A stretch of 64,000 nucleotides of DNA. Source: Bigelowiella natans CCMP2755 (lineage: Eukaryota; Protista; Cercozoa). The notes beneath the pieces were generated by a model. The model ran no database searches and was not told the origin of the DNA. It saw only the letters and a list, made by a program, of their open reading frames with translations. Position 1 is the stretch's first letter. Each line of letters begins with the position of its first letter. Positions 63,475 through 64,000 of the stretch are shown piece after piece. Location: contig ADNK01001576.1 of assembly GCA_000320545.1 (NCBI GenBank), positions 1 through 64,000 of the forward strand. The letters run 5' to 3'. The position numbers and the translations under genes were made by a program.

Positions 63475-64000
63475 TCCTCTCCTTCTTTTCTTCTCCGCCC
63501 CACCCACTCCTTCTCTCTCTCCTCCACTCTAAGATCTACAATGGCGATTTCCTTAAAATCATACAAGTCCACATACAAGTATACGTAATACAAATATTCA
63601 CGACGCATACCGTTTGGTTGGTGTTTTGAACGAAAAAGGGCTGAATTCCTCAATCACTTCCGTCCTGCGCTTAAGCTCGCAGCTCCAAAGAAGGTGAAGA
63701 GCAAGACACCGGCAGCGGCAGCAAAAGCCGAAGGCGAGACAAGCAAGAAGAGTGAAGGCAAGGCAGGAGGGGATGGTAGGTCGCCCGGTAGGCGGCGTTC
63801 TTCTATCACCTTTAAAATCAGGCGGAAGAAGAAGACTGCTACGGGTGGTACTGACACGGCCAAAGCAACTCCAGAGAAAGGTAGAGGAGGACAAGGAGGC
63901 CAATCACCATCTCCAACCACAGTCGTTTCAGATCCTACCGCCCCCAAAGCAGCTATGGCCTCATCCTTATCCGCAGAAGCGCCTGATGCCTGCAAAAAAA
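54340..64000 (+). CDS. Formin (FH1 + FH2) with a long N-terminal region carrying MSP-like motifs; runs off the window; N-terminal part could be a separate gene
   Basis: Polyproline FH1 at ~59575-60100; FH2 motifs MKRLHWD, LLDAKTTRNVLI, VLKLGNYMNAG...AYG|FKL..L..L..IKSAD...SLL. Spliced exons upstream begin at ATG 54340. Confidence 0.8.

Noticed and set aside
1-64000. rRNA, tRNA, transposase or reverse-transcriptase genes
   Set aside because: None recognised by eye; tRNAscan and Rfam searches were not possible.

Overview
Intron-rich eukaryotic (protist-type) genomic DNA; I cannot name the species from the sequence alone. (1) <1-6582, minus strand: one spliced gene of at least 1921 codons that the ORF track mostly misses. 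It reads SAM - CHAT caspase-like protease - P-loop STAND NTPase - NACHT NTPase - 13 near-identical WD40 repeats with hypervariable positions, i.e. an NLR-like protein. (2) 7298-13015: six tightly packed intronless genes (unknown membrane-anchored protein, two glycosyltransferases, a short mitochondrial carrier, a thioredoxin-like protein, a PIF1 helicase). This block resembles an endogenous giant-virus fragment and is followed by a short TTAGGG tract. (3) 13.6-64 kb: mostly spliced host genes, namely a hypothetical protein, an intronless KA1-like protein, cyclin H, a bacterial-type thioester alpha-2-macroglobulin, a TLC-domain protein, CDC26, the mRNA guanylyltransferase, a P2-type ATPase, MGST3 and a formin with possible N-terminal MSP-like domains. 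Intergenic spacers are rich in CTAG/GCTAGC, and the two flanking the ATPase have almost no TpA outside CTA/TAG. All gene models were built by hand and all homology calls come from motif recognition, not database searches.
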